Part shown: positions 17,687-29,633 of the stretch, piece by piece
Numbering within the stretch: the first letter of the stretch is position 1
How the letters are laid out: each line of letters begins with the position of its first letter
Source of the DNA: Escherichia coli
Lineage (GTDB): Bacteria > Pseudomonadota > Gammaproteobacteria > Enterobacterales > Enterobacteriaceae
Reading direction: 5' to 3' (one strand)
Assembly (NCBI RefSeq): GCF_048403405.1
Contig: NZ_CP183129.1
Length of the DNA stretch: 64,000 bases
The notes under the pieces: model-generated
Databases searched by the model: none
What the model was told of the DNA's origin: nothing
What the model saw: the letters and a program-made list of their open reading frames with translations, nothing else
Position numbers and translations under genes: made by a program

Positions 17687-19885
17687 ATGGCAGAAAAAAA
17701 GATGACTGACTGGCATCGCAAGGTGCTGTGCAACTTTGATAATGCCTGGTCAGCAACGCAGGATATGCGTGAGCAGATTATTGAGGCTCAACGTTTCGTC
17801 CGGGTGTCCGGCGCACAGTGGGAAGGCAGCACAAACGCTGGTTACTCATTTGATGAAGGCAGGTTTGAGCATTACCCGCGTTTTGAACTGAATAAGATTG
17901 CCCGTGAATGTGATCGCATCATTGGCGAGTATCGACAGAATCGCATCAGCGTTAAATTCAGGCCGAAGGACGACAAGGCATCGGAAGCGTTAGCCGAAAA
18001 GATGAACGGCAAATTCCGCGCTGACTATCAGGAAACATCCGGTGGCGAAGCGTGTGATAACGCATTTGATGATGCCGTAACGGGCGGATTCGGTTGTTTC
18101 CGCATGTGTGCCGATTACGAAGATGAAATGGATCCGAGTAACGAGCAGCGCCGCATCAGCCTTCTCCCGGTTTACGACCCAGCGACATGCGTCTTCTTCG
18201 ATCAGGACAGCAAGCAATATGACCGCTCTGATGCTATGTGGGCTATGGAAATGTTCTCCATGACGCCTAAAGCGTTCGAGGCTGAATACCCTGATTCCAT
18301 CGCGGCAAGCCTTCCTCGTGATGACACTGGCACTCAATATGACTGGTCAACGCCAGATGCCATCTATGTTGGGCGCTACTACGAAGTTCGCATAGAGAAG
18401 GTGAAGCTCACGGCATGGCGCAACCCTGTTAGCGGAGAAACGGCAATCTATGATGAAGATCAAATCAAAGATATTGTCGATGAGCTAACCGATGGTGCAT
18501 TCGAACTGATTGGCGAGCGAACGGTGAAGAAACGCCGAGTTTATTGCGGTCTTCTGTCTGGCGCTGAATGGCTGGAAGAACCGAAGCGTATTCCGGGCGA
18601 ACATATTCCTCTCATCCCGGTATATGGGCGTCGTTCATTTGTTGATAATCAGGAGCGAATCGAAGGCCACGCAGCAAAAGCGATGGATGCACAGCGTCTT
18701 GAGAACCTGATGGTTTCCATGATTGCAGATAACGCCACTCAGGCTGGCGGTGATGGCATTCCTATCGTGGATGTTGATTTCATTCCCGGCCCATTAATGA
18801 ATCACTGGGCAGAGAGGAATAAGAAAAGACCTGCAGTTCTTCCCATGACCAGCAAGAAGGACAAAAACGGAACGGTCATTTCAGAGGCTCAGGTTGCTGG
18901 CTGGACACCTCCGACACAAATGCCTCCTGCTCTTGCCGGGCTATTGCAGTACACCGGAACGGCTATTCAGCAAATTACAGGTGCGTCGCAGCTTGAGAAC
19001 ATGCCGAGCAACGTCGCTACCGATACCGTTGATAGCATCTTTAACCGGATGGACACGCAGTCCTATATCTACATGGACAACATGGCTAAATCCATGCGCC
19101 GTGCTGGCGTCGTGTGGCTTTCTATGGCGCGTGAGGTCTATGGCAGTGATACGCCGATGCGTATCGTTAATGAGGACGGCAGCGATGACGTGGCGCTGAT
19201 GACTGGTGAAGTGGTTGACCGTCAGACAGGGCAGGTTATCGCGCTTAATGACCTTTCGCAGGGTAACTATGAAGTGACTGTCGATGTTGGTCTGTCGTTC
19301 GCTACTCGCCGTGATGCAACGGTTAAGTCGTTACTTTCCATGCTGGCACTTATCCCGCCCGGAACGCCGAAACACGACCTTGTATCGTCGATGATCCTCG
19401 ATAATATGGACGGCGAAGGGATGGACGACCTTAAAGAATACAACCGCAATCAGTTGCTTCTGTCTGGAGTTATCAAGCCGAGAACGCCAGAAGAACAGCA
19501 GATGGTTGAGCAGGCGAAACAACAACAGGCCAGTCAGCCAGATCCGGCTATGGTTGCAGCGCAAGGTCAGCTTCTTGCTGGTCAGGCTGAATTGCAGAAA
19601 GCGCAGAACGAACAGGCAGCCATTCAGGTTAAAGCATTCCAGGCACAGACTGATGCTCAGGTTGCAGCGGCAAATGTTGTGAAAATCCTCGCATCTGCCG
19701 ATAGCCAGCAGAAATCTGATATCCGCGAGGCTCTGAAACTGCTCGGACAGTTCCAGCAACAGCAAGGAGACAATGCCCGTGCTGATGCAGAGCTTGTCCT
19801 GAAAAGTCAGGCACAGGGCCATGCGCAGCGCATGGACATCAGCAGCATCCTGCAAAAATCAACTCAGCAACAACCACAGCAGTAA
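17687..19885 (+). CDS. Portal protein (P22 gp1-like, 732 aa)
   Basis: Multiple blocks shared with P22 portal (GEHIPLIPVYG, PEEQQMVEQAKQQQASQPDPAMVAAQGQLLAGQAELQKAQNEQ, RMDISSILQ). Confidence 0.9.
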   Translation: MAEKKMTDWHRKVLCNFDNAWSATQDMREQIIEAQRFVRVSGAQWEGSTNAGYSFDEGRFEHYPRFELNKIARECDRIIGEYRQNRISVKFRPKDDKASEALAEKMNGKFRADYQETSGGEACDNAFDDAVTGGFGCFRMCADYEDEMDPSNEQRRISLLPVYDPATCVFFDQDSKQYDRSDAMWAMEMFSMTPKAFEAEYPDSIAASLPRDDTGTQYDWSTPDAIYVGRYYEVRIEKVKLTAWRNPVSGETAIYDEDQIKDIVDELTDGAFELIGERTVKKRRVYCGLLSGAEWLEEPKRIPGEHIPLIPVYGRRSFVDNQERIEGHAAKAMDAQRLENLMVSMIADNATQAGGDGIPIVDVDFIPGPLMNHWAERNKKRPAVLPMTSKKDKNGTVISEAQVAGWTPPTQMPPALAGLLQYTGTAIQQITGASQLENMPSNVATDTVDSIFNRMDTQSYIYMDNMAKSMRRAGVVWLSMAREVYGSDTPMRIVNEDGSDDVALMTGEVVDRQTGQVIALNDLSQGNYEVTVDVGLSFATRRDATVKSLLSMLALIPPGTPKHDLVSSMILDNMDGEGMDDLKEYNRNQLLLSGVIKPRTPEEQQMVEQAKQQQASQPDPAMVAAQGQLLAGQAELQKAQNEQAAIQVKAFQAQTDAQVAAANVVKILASADSQQKSDIREALKLLGQFQQQQGDNARADAELVLKSQAQGHAQRMDISSILQKSTQQQPQQ

Positions 19886-19975
19886 TTAACCCATAACGTG
19901 CAATGGCTGTCTTTATGAGGCCTGGCACCCTATTGCCTTCCGATGGGCTGAACATCGAGTAAACAGGGGTAACAA

Positions 19976-20869
19976 ATGGACCAGATGGCAGAAAACACAC
20001 CAGAAGTTGAAATCGAAACCGACGCGTCAGAGCAGATTCCTGATGATGTCGAACTGGCTGAAGAAGTCGAAACAGCAGATGGCAGTGAGTCCTCCGGCAA
20101 TGATGCAGAGGAAGCTACTGAAACTGATGACGACGAATCAGAACAGGAATTCTACTTTGGTGACGAAAAGCTGGATTCGCCAACCAGCGAAGATGGAGCT
20201 GAGCATGGACTGGTAAAACACTTGCGCAAGACGATTAAAGAGAAAGACCGCGAGCTGAAAGAGCTGATGCGTCAGTCTCAGAAACCCGTCGAGCAGCAGC
20301 CGGTAATCACTCAACCACCGCGAATGCCAAAACTGGACGATGAGGACATCGGTTTCGATGAAGAAATCTACCAGCAACGCATGGCTAAGTGGGCAGAGGA
20401 TAACGGCAAATACCAGGAGCAAGTACGAGAGCGGAAACGAGAGGAAGAGGCGCGTACCGCAACGCTTCAGCAGAAAGCAGCCAATTACATGCAGAGAGTA
20501 AAAGCACTGAAAGTGGCTGGCTACCAGGATGCAGAACAGGCTGTACGCGAAGATGTTCCTGTTCATATTCAGGACATGATCCTTCTTGAGTCAGAGAAGC
20601 CGGAAATCGTTGTTCTGGCGCTTGGTCGCAACGCTGAACTGCGCAAGCAACTGGCAGAAGCTACCAACCCCGTAGCAATTGGTCGTCTGCTGGAACGTAT
20701 CGAATCTAAGGCCAGAATCATGCCAAAAGCAAAAACCACGGCAGCCACAACCCCGACAGTTAAGGGGAGCAACGGCGCAGTAATCAACAACCTCGACAAA
20801 TTGAAAGCCAAGGCGCTGGAAACTGGTGACTGGACGCCGTATTTCGCCGCTAAAAAGGCAAAAAAATAA
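19976..20869 (+). CDS. Scaffolding protein (297 aa)
   Basis: Acidic, helical, between portal and coat as in P22 gp8. Confidence 0.75.
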   Translation: MDQMAENTPEVEIETDASEQIPDDVELAEEVETADGSESSGNDAEEATETDDDESEQEFYFGDEKLDSPTSEDGAEHGLVKHLRKTIKEKDRELKELMRQSQKPVEQQPVITQPPRMPKLDDEDIGFDEEIYQQRMAKWAEDNGKYQEQVRERKREEEARTATLQQKAANYMQRVKALKVAGYQDAEQAVREDVPVHIQDMILLESEKPEIVVLALGRNAELRKQLAEATNPVAIGRLLERIESKARIMPKAKTTAATTPTVKGSNGAVINNLDKLKAKALETGDWTPYFAAKKAKK

Positions 20870-20887
20870 CCTATCGGAGCATTAAGC

Positions 20888-22147
20888 ATGGCTAACCAAT
20901 TAGCAAAAGACCTTGAAATCATGTTCGAAAACTACGTTGAAGGCTTTGAGGCCGCCTGCGTAGTTTCCCGTAACGCTAAAAAATTCCGTCCCGGTGATAC
21001 AGCAATGCAGCGAGCAGGTGATGTTCTGTATCGTCCGCAGCATTACCACATGAACATTGAGGAGGGCTTGGACCTCAGCGAAAAAACACCAACAGCACTG
21101 GTTCAGCGCCTTGTTCCTTCTGTGTTCAAGGAGCCGAAAAACATTCTGTACACTCTGGATGCGCGTGAAATGCGTGACCCGGAACATAAAACTGAAGCTG
21201 GTCGAGCCGCAGGTATGCGCCTTGCTGCACAGATTGACTCTGACCTGATTTCCATGGTCACGCAGCGTGCTACTAACGTGGTCGCAATTCCTGCCTCAGA
21301 AAATGGCTCACGGGGCCTTGCCTTGTGGAATGGTGCGGCAGATATTGATGCCACCATGACGGCGATTGGTGTACCTCAGGGTATCAACCGTCGCTCTTTC
21401 TGGAACCCATTCAACTACAAAGACCTTGCTGGCGAGCTTGGTCACCGTGCCTACGCTCAGGGCGCAACCCTGACAGCATACGAAAAAGCGCAGATCCCTC
21501 CGGTTGCTTCCTTTGATAGCTACAAGACCGATATTTCCGGTCGATTACCGGCAGGAAGCACTGAAACCTTGACAGTATCAAATCAACCTGAACACAAGGT
21601 TGAAGCGAAAGATTCAAATGGCATGCCTGTTGATAACCGACAGGGGACCATTACGGTATCTGCTAAAGGCTTGCAGGTTGGCGATGCGTTTACCATCGCA
21701 GGTGTGAATTCCGTACACCAGATCACCAAAGATACCACCGGGCAGCCGCAGGTATTCCGCGTTCTGGCAGTAGACACAGCAGGAACCACCGTAACAATCT
21801 CTCCAAAGATTCTCCCTGTTGGAAATACTGATGTTGCGAGTCGTCCATATGCAAACGTCTATGCCAAACCGGCAGAATCAGCAGCAATCACCATTCTCAA
21901 CAAGAACGCAGCACCGGCTAACCTATTCTGGGCTGATGGTTCTGTTGAACTGATGTACGGAAAACTGGCATTCCCGACTGGTCAGGGGCCACAGGTAATG
22001 ACAGCAACCACCGAGCAGGGCGCTACGCTGATCATGTCTTACTCCTTCGACCACATCAAAGGCGTAACCACTGCTCGTTTCACCACTCTGTACGGTTGCT
22101 CTGTACTGGTTCCTGAATATACGGGCATCGTTATTGCCGGGCAGTAA
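20888..22147 (+). CDS. Major capsid (coat) protein (419 aa)
   Basis: Position and size as in P22/Sf6 coat; followed by a hairpin. Confidence 0.8.
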   Translation: MANQLAKDLEIMFENYVEGFEAACVVSRNAKKFRPGDTAMQRAGDVLYRPQHYHMNIEEGLDLSEKTPTALVQRLVPSVFKEPKNILYTLDAREMRDPEHKTEAGRAAGMRLAAQIDSDLISMVTQRATNVVAIPASENGSRGLALWNGAADIDATMTAIGVPQGINRRSFWNPFNYKDLAGELGHRAYAQGATLTAYEKAQIPPVASFDSYKTDISGRLPAGSTETLTVSNQPEHKVEAKDSNGMPVDNRQGTITVSAKGLQVGDAFTIAGVNSVHQITKDTTGQPQVFRVLAVDTAGTTVTISPKILPVGNTDVASRPYANVYAKPAESAAITILNKNAAPANLFWADGSVELMYGKLAFPTGQGPQVMTATTEQGATLIMSYSFDHIKGVTTARFTTLYGCSVLVPEYTGIVIAGQ

Positions 22148-22155
22148 TTTTGGTG

Positions 22156-22180
22156 GGGCTTCGGCCCCATTTTTATTGGG
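22156..22180 (+). terminator. Hairpin plus T-run after the coat gene
   Basis: GGGGCttcgGCCCC followed by ATTTTTATT. Confidence 0.4.
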
Positions 22181-22188
22181 AGAAGACA

Positions 22189-22377
22189 ATGGTACGAACA
22201 ATGCTCTATAAGCCTGGCAACATGATCACCTGTGGTCAGTTTGCTGTCGATTACATCATTGTTGATGACGAAGAAGTTAAATCTCACCTGAAAAAAGGCT
22301 GGGTGAAAACTCCTGAAGAAACCGCAACGAAGCAAAAAGTGGCTAAGGCGGAAGAAGATGGCGAAAACGAAGGGTGA
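22189..22377 (+). CDS. Small hypothetical protein (62 aa from the ATG at 22189; ORF track lists 22150)
   Basis: ATG at 22189 with GGGAGA SD 5 nt upstream, downstream of the coat hairpin. Confidence 0.4.
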   Translation: MVRTMLYKPGNMITCGQFAVDYIIVDDEEVKSHLKKGWVKTPEETATKQKVAKAEEDGENEG

Positions 22378-22819
22378 TCTCGTTCTAAAGGCTTTACGAA
22401 AAGCTGGGCTGTATTCCAATGCCACGTTGACAGATGCTGACCCTCAGGCAATTGAAGATGCCATTAATGACCTCGAAGACATGATGGCAGCATGGCAGGC
22501 GAAAGGTATCGAGCTTGGATATCAGTTTGCTGATACAGAAAACGGCATCATGCCGTTACCTGACGATGATTCAGGTATCCCTGCATGGGCAAATGATGGC
22601 GTCGCTTTGAAACTCGCTGTGCAAGTGTGCATGGATAACGTCATTCAGCCGTCAGACGCTCTCCTTACCGCTGCTGACAGTGCATATCAGACAATCTGTA
22701 TCGCTTTAACCAAAATACCACCACTTGAGCGACGAAATGACATGCCTCGCGGGGCGGGGTTAAAAAGCGCGTTTACGTGGAATCGGTTTTACATCGAGAA
22801 AGATGATCCGAGTACGTGA
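22358..22819 (+). CDS. Head completion protein (P22 gp4-like, 153 aa)
   Basis: Gene order and size. Confidence 0.6.
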   Translation: MAKTKGDLVLKALRKAGLYSNATLTDADPQAIEDAINDLEDMMAAWQAKGIELGYQFADTENGIMPLPDDDSGIPAWANDGVALKLAVQVCMDNVIQPSDALLTAADSAYQTICIALTKIPPLERRNDMPRGAGLKSAFTWNRFYIEKDDPST

Positions 22820-22828
22820 GGTGAATAA

Positions 22829-24247
22829 ATGCCGATTCAGCAACTTCCGCTTATGAAAGGTGTCGGCAAAGACTTTAGAAACGCTGACTATATCGACTAT
22901 CTGCCAGTGAATATGTTGGCTACACCCAAAGAAATCCTGAACAGCAGCGGATATCTTCGCTCATTCCCGGGCATTGCAAAACGTTCTGATGTGAACGGCG
23001 TATCGCGCGGTGTCGAGTACAACATGGCGCAGAATGCTGTTTATCGCGTTTGCGGTGGCAAGTTGTATAAGGGAGAAAGCGAGGTCGGTGATGTCGCCGG
23101 AAGTGGTCGCGTATCAATGGCGCATGGTCGAACATCTCAGGCGGTAGGCGTTAAAGGTCAACTGGTCGAGTATCGCTATGATGGCACGGTTAAAACAGTC
23201 TCAAACTGGCCTACAGACAGCGGATTCACTCAGTATGAGTTAGGTTCGGTTCGCGACATTACGCGTTTACGTGGGCGTTATGCGTGGTCAAAATACGGCA
23301 CTGATTCATGGTTTATCACTGACCTTCAAGACGAATCGCATCCTGACCGTTACAGCGCACAATATCGCGCAGAATCGCAGCCGGACGGTATCATCGGCAT
23401 CGGAACATGGCGAGACTTCATCGTCTGCTTTGGTTCATCGACGATTGAATATTTTTCCCTGACTGGGGCAACCACCGTTGGTGCCGCTTTGTATGTCGCA
23501 CAGCCATCACTGATGGTGCAGAAAGGCATTGCCGGGACTTACTGCAAAACGCCATTCGCTGATTCGTATGCGTTCATCAGCAATCCGGCAACAGGTGCGC
23601 CGTCTGTTTACATCATCGGCTCCGGTCAGGTATCACCAATCGCCAGCGCGAGCATTGAGAAAATCCTCCGCTCCTACTCTGCTGATGAACTGGCTGATGG
23701 CGTGATGGAGTCTCTACGATTTGATGCTCATGAGTTGCTGATTATCCACCTTCCGCGCCACGTCCTCGTGTACGACGCATCTTCAAGCGCCAATGGTCCG
23801 CAATGGTGTGTGTTGAAAACTGGCTTGTATGACGATGTGTACCGAGCTATCGACTTCATTTACGAAGGCAATCAGATAACGTGCGGCGATAAGCTGGAGT
23901 CCGTGACCGGGAAATTGCAGTTCGATATCAGCAGTCAGTATAGCCTTCAACAGGAACACCTGCTGTTTACTCCACTCTTCAAAGCGGATAACGCCAGAGT
24001 GTTCGACCTTGAGGTTGAATCGTCAACTGGCGTTGCGCAGTACGCCGACCGCCTTTTTCTCTCTGCAACCACTGACGGCATCAATTACGGGCGTGAGCAG
24101 ATGATTGAGCAGAATGAACCGTTCGTTTACGACAAGCGTGTTTTGTGGAAGCGAGTAGGGCGCATCAGGAAAAATGTCGGCTTCAAATTGCGCGTTATCA
24201 CGAAGTCACCTGTCACTCTGTCTGGCGCTCAGATAAGGATTGAGTAA
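22829..24247 (+). CDS. Head completion / tail hub protein (P22 gp10-like, 472 aa)
   Basis: Length equals P22 gp10 (472 aa); gene order. Confidence 0.7.
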   Translation: MPIQQLPLMKGVGKDFRNADYIDYLPVNMLATPKEILNSSGYLRSFPGIAKRSDVNGVSRGVEYNMAQNAVYRVCGGKLYKGESEVGDVAGSGRVSMAHGRTSQAVGVKGQLVEYRYDGTVKTVSNWPTDSGFTQYELGSVRDITRLRGRYAWSKYGTDSWFITDLQDESHPDRYSAQYRAESQPDGIIGIGTWRDFIVCFGSSTIEYFSLTGATTVGAALYVAQPSLMVQKGIAGTYCKTPFADSYAFISNPATGAPSVYIIGSGQVSPIASASIEKILRSYSADELADGVMESLRFDAHELLIIHLPRHVLVYDASSSANGPQWCVLKTGLYDDVYRAIDFIYEGNQITCGDKLESVTGKLQFDISSQYSLQQEHLLFTPLFKADNARVFDLEVESSTGVAQYADRLFLSATTDGINYGREQMIEQNEPFVYDKRVLWKRVGRIRKNVGFKLRVITKSPVTLSGAQIRIE

Positions 24248-25200
24248 TGGCTGATTCGAATCTCAATGTGCCGGTAATCATCCAAGCTACGCGGCTCGAT
24301 ACATCAGTCCTTCCACGCAATATCTTCTCGCAGTCGTATCTGCTTTACGTTATCGCACAGGGCACTGATGTTGGTAATGTGGCTAACAAAGCCAACGAGG
24401 CCGGACAGGGCGCTTATGATGCACAGGTCAGGAACGATGAGCAGGATGTCACCCTTGCAGACCATGAATCCAGAATTGAAGCTGCTGAAGCAACTCTCAT
24501 CAATCATGAACATAGAATTGCAGCAGCGGAAAGCACTCTTGCAGATCATGAAACAAGGATTACGGCTGCTGAAACAGAGCTGGCTGATCACGAGACGCGA
24601 ATTGCTGCCAATGAATCTGAGTTAGCAAACCATGATGCGCTCATAACTCAGAATACAACCGATATCGATGCACTTGATACCAGGCTCACAGCGGCAGAGG
24701 GAAGTATTTCGACGCTACAAGGCACAGTTGGTGATCACTCAACAAGAATATCTGCGCTTGAGTATGCCATCACGCGCAAGAAATCAGAGGTTGTTTACTC
24801 TGGCGTATCTGTAACCATCCCGACAGCGCCGACCAACCTTGTTAGCCTGCTGAAAACGCTCACGCCGTCATCCGGGACGTTGGCACCATTCTTCGACACT
24901 GTTAACAACAAGATGGTTGTGTTCAACGAGAACAAAACCTTGTTCTTCAAGCTGTCGATCGTCGGGACGTGGCCCAGCGGAACCGCCAACAGGTCAATGC
25001 AGCTAACCTTTTCCGGCTCTGTTCCTGACACGTTGGTCAGCAGTCGTAATGCGGCGACAACAACCGACAACATCCTGTTAGCTACGTTCTTCAGCGTGGA
25101 TAAAGACGGCTTTCTTGCCACAAATGGCAGTACGTTAACCATTCAGTCAAATGGTGCGGCGTTTACTGCCACAACCATCAAGATAATCGCGGAGCAGTAA
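24247..25200 (+). CDS. Tail needle protein (gp26-like, 317 aa) with repeated coiled-coil shaft and C-terminal extension
   Basis: Four to five tandem 14-residue repeats ([14 protein letters not shown] / [14 protein letters not shown] / [14 protein letters not shown] / [14 protein letters not shown]); gene order. Confidence 0.6.
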   Translation: MADSNLNVPVIIQATRLDTSVLPRNIFSQSYLLYVIAQGTDVGNVANKANEAGQGAYDAQVRNDEQDVTLADHESRIEAAEATLINHEHRIAAAESTLADHETRITAAETELADHETRIAANESELANHDALITQNTTDIDALDTRLTAAEGSISTLQGTVGDHSTRISALEYAITRKKSEVVYSGVSVTIPTAPTNLVSLLKTLTPSSGTLAPFFDTVNNKMVVFNENKTLFFKLSIVGTWPSGTANRSMQLTFSGSVPDTLVSSRNAATTTDNILLATFFSVDKDGFLATNGSTLTIQSNGAAFTATTIKIIAEQ

Positions 25201-25655
25201 TGATTCAGTTCAAACCAACGCGAAACATCGACCTGATCGAAGCAGTCGGAAATCACCCTGACATTATTGCCGGGAGCAACAACGGTGATGGATACGACTA
25301 CAAACCTGATTGCCGTTACTTTGAGGTGAACGTGCACGGGCAGTTCGGCGGCATTGTTTACTATCAGGAGATTCAGCCGCTTACATTCGATTGCCACGCC
25401 ATGTACCTGCCAGAGATTCGCGGATTCAGCAAGGAAATCGGGCTGGCGTTCTGGCGATACATTCTGACTAACACCACCGTTCAGTGCGTCACATCGTTCG
25501 CTGCACGCAAATTCCGCCACGGGCAGATGTACTGCGCAATGATTGGCCTTAAGCGTGTAGGAACCATCAAGAAATACTTCAAAGGCGTGGATGACGTGAC
25601 GTTTTACAGCGCCACACGCGAAGAACTAATCGACTTCCTGAATCACGGGAGATAG
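25200..25655 (+). CDS. Head completion protein (P22 gp14-like, 151 aa)
   Basis: Gene order and size. Confidence 0.55.
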   Translation: MIQFKPTRNIDLIEAVGNHPDIIAGSNNGDGYDYKPDCRYFEVNVHGQFGGIVYYQEIQPLTFDCHAMYLPEIRGFSKEIGLAFWRYILTNTTVQCVTSFAARKFRHGQMYCAMIGLKRVGTIKKYFKGVDDVTFYSATREELIDFLNHGR

Positions 25656-25657
25656 CC

Positions 25658-26350
25658 ATGTTATATGCATTTAAGCTGGGCAGAAAACTGCGCGGCGAGG
25701 AACCTTATTGCCCTGAAAAAGGCGGGAAAGGTGGCAGTTCTGATAAAAGTGCAAAGTATGCCGCAGAAGCTCAGAAGTATGCCGCAGACCTGCAAAATAA
25801 GCAGTTCAACACCATCATGAACAACCTGAAGCCGTTTACTCCTCTGGCTGATAAGTATCTCGGCAGCCTCGAGAACTTATCGTCTCTGGAGGGGCAAGGT
25901 CAGGCGCTAAACCAGTATTACAACTCTCAGCAGTACAAAGATCTTGCTGGTCAGGCTCGCTATCAGAGTCTGGCTGCAGCGGAAGCAACAGGTGGATTGG
26001 GTTCCACCGCAACCAGTAATCAGTTAGCAACAATCGCACCAACGCTTGGTCAGCAATGGCTATCTGGACAAATGAACAATTACAACAACCTGGCAAATAT
26101 CGGTCTTGGCGCTCTTCAGGGGCAGGCAAACGCCGGGCAAACATATGCCAACAACATGAGTCAGATTTCACAGCAAAGCGCGGCGCTGGCGGCGGCAAAC
26201 GCCAACCGACCGTCAGCATTGCAGCAGGGTGTTAGTGGTGCTGCATCCGGTGCGCTTTTGGGTGGTGGCATAGCCAGTGCTCTCGAGCTATCAACTCCGT
26301 GGGGTGCTGGTATCGGTGCTGGTCTTGGTCTGCTTGGCTCGTTGTTTTAA
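25658..26350 (+). CDS. Ejection protein (P22 gp7-like, 230 aa)
   Basis: Size (P22 gp7 is 229 aa), Gln/Ala/Gly-rich composition, gene order. Confidence 0.6.
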   Translation: MLYAFKLGRKLRGEEPYCPEKGGKGGSSDKSAKYAAEAQKYAADLQNKQFNTIMNNLKPFTPLADKYLGSLENLSSLEGQGQALNQYYNSQQYKDLAGQARYQSLAAAEATGGLGSTATSNQLATIAPTLGQQWLSGQMNNYNNLANIGLGALQGQANAGQTYANNMSQISQQSAALAAANANRPSALQQGVSGAASGALLGGGIASALELSTPWGAGIGAGLGLLGSLF

Positions 26351-26360
26351 GGGGTAATCA

Positions 26361-27776
26361 ATGGCTACGTGGCAACAGGGTATTAATTCTGGTGGTTTTC
26401 TGGCTGGAATTGGTGCGCAAAATGAGAATGCGCCAAAGGCAAGCGACATTAACGCAACGCTTGGTCTGATTCGCGAAAACAATGAACTGGCTCGCTCAGG
26501 TGCAAATAACGTTGGTCTGACCGCGTTACGTGGTCTGGCTGGAGTTGCTGATATTTACAATCAGGAACAGCAACAGAAAGCTATTAGTGCGTTCAATAAG
26601 GTTCACGCTGATGCATGGGTTTCTGGTGATCCATCGGGACTATTTAAGTTTGCCCAGGAAAATCCAGCGTTTGTTGCACAGGCACAACAGGCGTTTTCAG
26701 GTCTTAATGATCAGCAACGCAACGATATGGGCGATTTAGCCATGAGGGCTAACGTCGCTCTTTCTCAGGGACCGGAAGCCTACAGTAAATTCATTACTGA
26801 CAACAAGGACAGGTTAAATCGCGTGGGGGCGAATGCTGACTGGATGATTCAGACAGGTATCCAGAATCCAGAGCAGCTATCACACATGCTGACTACTATG
26901 TCTCTCGGTGCGCTTGGACCAGAAAAGGCGTTTGCTGTTCAGGACAAGATGGCTGGTCGTGAAATTGACCGAGGCAGACTGGCAGAGACAATCCGCAGCA
27001 ATCAGGCTGGAGAAGCACTTCAGGCGAGAGGGCAAAACCTTTCCTATCAGTCAGCAATGACTGGGCACAATATCGCAGCACAACGCTTGGCTCTGGATCA
27101 GCAAGAGTTCGGGTTTAAGATGCAGCAAGCGCAGGAAAAGGCTCAGCAGTTGATTAGCGAAGCACCTAAGCTGTCAGTAAACATGGAAAAAGGCATCGAG
27201 ACGGCTGTAAACAATGCCACAGCATCATCAAACTCAGCCAATTCCATGAGTGCGCTTGCTCAACAGTTCAGAGCAGAAAAACCAACGACAGGTTTGTTCG
27301 GTAACGCACAGAACATGTTCGCAAAACTTACCGGAAGCGATACGACATTGCGTGATTTGCGCATTCGCCAAAATGCTCTTGTTAACAGTCAGGTTCTTAA
27401 ATTCCTACCTCCCGGCCCAGCAACGGATAAAGACGTTGAGATCGTTCGACAGGGTGCACCAACTGACATGGATAACCCTGAGACGGTCGCAAGATGGCTT
27501 GATGCGATGGCAAACCTTGAGCGACGAAACGCGCAGTTTAATGAGTTTAAAGCCGAGTGGATGAGCGCGAATGGCAATCCAGGACAATCGCGTAATGGCG
27601 GTCAGATATTGGGGTTGGATGTTAAAAAAGGTGAATCATTGGGGAGTGCCGTTAAGCGGTATATGTCAATGAATACTGACGCAGCGCCAGCACAAGATTC
27701 GACACCTTCAGGAGAACCACGGAATCAGGTTGGATCATATACCTCAAAATCAGGCATTCAATTTACGGTGGAATGA
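26361..27776 (+). CDS. Ejection protein (P22 gp20-like, 471 aa)
   Basis: Size identical to P22 gp20; gene order. Confidence 0.65.
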   Translation: MATWQQGINSGGFLAGIGAQNENAPKASDINATLGLIRENNELARSGANNVGLTALRGLAGVADIYNQEQQQKAISAFNKVHADAWVSGDPSGLFKFAQENPAFVAQAQQAFSGLNDQQRNDMGDLAMRANVALSQGPEAYSKFITDNKDRLNRVGANADWMIQTGIQNPEQLSHMLTTMSLGALGPEKAFAVQDKMAGREIDRGRLAETIRSNQAGEALQARGQNLSYQSAMTGHNIAAQRLALDQQEFGFKMQQAQEKAQQLISEAPKLSVNMEKGIETAVNNATASSNSANSMSALAQQFRAEKPTTGLFGNAQNMFAKLTGSDTTLRDLRIRQNALVNSQVLKFLPPGPATDKDVEIVRQGAPTDMDNPETVARWLDAMANLERRNAQFNEFKAEWMSANGNPGQSRNGGQILGLDVKKGESLGSAVKRYMSMNTDAAPAQDSTPSGEPRNQVGSYTSKSGIQFTVE

Positions 27777-29614
27777 TGAAAGTAACTGCAAACGGTAAGA
27801 CATTTACCTTTCCTGATGGTACGAGCACCGAAGATATTGGCACCGCCATTGATGAGTATTTTGCTGGTCAGGCTGTTCAGCAACAAACAGTTAATCAGGC
27901 CAATAATGCACCAACACGGGAAGAACCATCATTGATGCAACAAGCTGGCGATTGGCTCACAGGTGGTCAAAGTGCAGGGCAAATTGCAGAACAGGCTGGT
28001 CGTGGTCTGGTAAACATACCATTTGACGTATTGCAGGGTGGCGCAAGTCTGATTAATGCAATCAGTCAGGGGCTTGGTGGGCCAAAAGTATTAGATGATG
28101 TCTATCGTCCAGTCGATCGACCGACAGACCCTTATGCGCAAGCTGGAGAAACAATTGGCGGGTATTTAGTTCCAGGAGTTGGAACGGCAGGAAGCATGGC
28201 TATTGGATCACTGGCAGAGGCCGCAAATCAGAAAGGCGATTTCGCACAAAATGCAGCTAAAAATGCCGGAGTTAACCTTGCCGCTCAGGGTGTTCTTTCC
28301 GCAGCAGCAAAGGGAATAGGGCGTGGAATAACGGCTATAAAAGGTGATATTGCGCCAGAAGTGGCGAAGAAAATTGCCACATCAGAATCGATGGGCGTGA
28401 CACCAATGACATCTGATGTTATCCCGCCGAAAAATGCTTTCACTCGCGGCCTTACTCAGGATGCCGAGGGGGCTTTGCTCGGGACAGGCTCAAAGCGAGC
28501 GGAGCAATATGCAACGCGTAGTAAGTTGGTAAGTAATTATTTTGACCGTTTTGGTGAGTACAACCCTGATGATGTGGTGAAATCTCTGACCACCACGTTA
28601 AGGGGGCGGAAGGATGCCGCTGGCGCTGTTATCAATGACGTCACCAATAAAATGGGTAATGCCGCAGTTGATACCACAAATACCATGAATGCTCTGAATA
28701 CAGCGATCGCAAGACAGGAACGGCTTGGGACTTCAGCCAATCAAAGCCTGCTTACATCCTTGCGTAACCTACGTGAAGAATTAGCAAACCCTGCAACTGA
28801 TTTGGATGTTACGTTTGATCTCTTGCGTCAGCACAGAACAGCATTTAGATCTAATGTTCAGGGAGATGCTATGGTCTTCCCCAACCAGGCAAAAGCAGCT
28901 ACCAATATGGTAGAGAATGCAATGTCAAAAGACCTTCGTAACGCAGTTGCTAAAAACCTCGGTGCATCAGACGCAGCAAAATACCTTAAAGCAAATTCCG
29001 ATTATGCAAACGTTTATAATAAGGTGCTTAATAAAAACATTGCTAACAAGCTCAACAAGGCAAGCAGTGAAGCCAGTCCTGAACTTATAAATACCGTTGT
29101 ATTAAGCAGAAAACCATCTGACGTAAAACGAATCTGGAGCGCATTGGATAATAAAGGGAAAGATGCTATGCGTGCAGCTTATGTCAGCAAAATAGCGGAA
29201 AAGGCCGGTGACTCTCCAGCCAAGTTCATCACTGAAGTTAATAAGCTGAAATCTCAGTCAGGCGGTGAAATTTACAACACTATTTTTTCTGGAAAGCACA
29301 TGAAAGAGCTTGATGCTCTTCATGAAGTTCTACAGCAAACAGCAAGGTCAGACACCGCAAATGTAGTAACTCAGACGGGGCAATCACAAGCCAACAGGAT
29401 AAGGACGATTGGCGCAACTGCGACTCTTGGCGTATCAATGGGGCTTGAGTCTGGCTTTGGTGCAATGATGCGTTTGTATGAGTCTAAAGCAGCAAGAAAC
29501 ATGCTTCTCCGCCTTGCAAACGTCAAGCCTGGAACTCCGGCATATGAGCGAGCGTTAAATCAGGCTGCTAACGCCGTTCGCCCTCTCCTAACTAACGAAG
29601 CTACCAGGCAGTAG
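27773..29614 (+). CDS. Ejection protein (P22 gp16-like, 613 aa)
   Basis: Size (P22 gp16 is 609 aa); gene order. Confidence 0.65.
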   Translation: MMKVTANGKTFTFPDGTSTEDIGTAIDEYFAGQAVQQQTVNQANNAPTREEPSLMQQAGDWLTGGQSAGQIAEQAGRGLVNIPFDVLQGGASLINAISQGLGGPKVLDDVYRPVDRPTDPYAQAGETIGGYLVPGVGTAGSMAIGSLAEAANQKGDFAQNAAKNAGVNLAAQGVLSAAAKGIGRGITAIKGDIAPEVAKKIATSESMGVTPMTSDVIPPKNAFTRGLTQDAEGALLGTGSKRAEQYATRSKLVSNYFDRFGEYNPDDVVKSLTTTLRGRKDAAGAVINDVTNKMGNAAVDTTNTMNALNTAIARQERLGTSANQSLLTSLRNLREELANPATDLDVTFDLLRQHRTAFRSNVQGDAMVFPNQAKAATNMVENAMSKDLRNAVAKNLGASDAAKYLKANSDYANVYNKVLNKNIANKLNKASSEASPELINTVVLSRKPSDVKRIWSALDNKGKDAMRAAYVSKIAEKAGDSPAKFITEVNKLKSQSGGEIYNTIFSGKHMKELDALHEVLQQTARSDTANVVTQTGQSQANRIRTIGATATLGVSMGLESGFGAMMRLYESKAARNMLLRLANVKPGTPAYERALNQAANAVRPLLTNEATRQ

Positions 29615-29633
29615 AAATGAACGCCAAGGAAGG

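Noticed and set aside
19331-19855. 174-aa minus-strand ORF inside the portal gene
   Set aside because: Antisense to a gene with strong homology support; Leu/Cys/Arg-rich nonsense-like composition.
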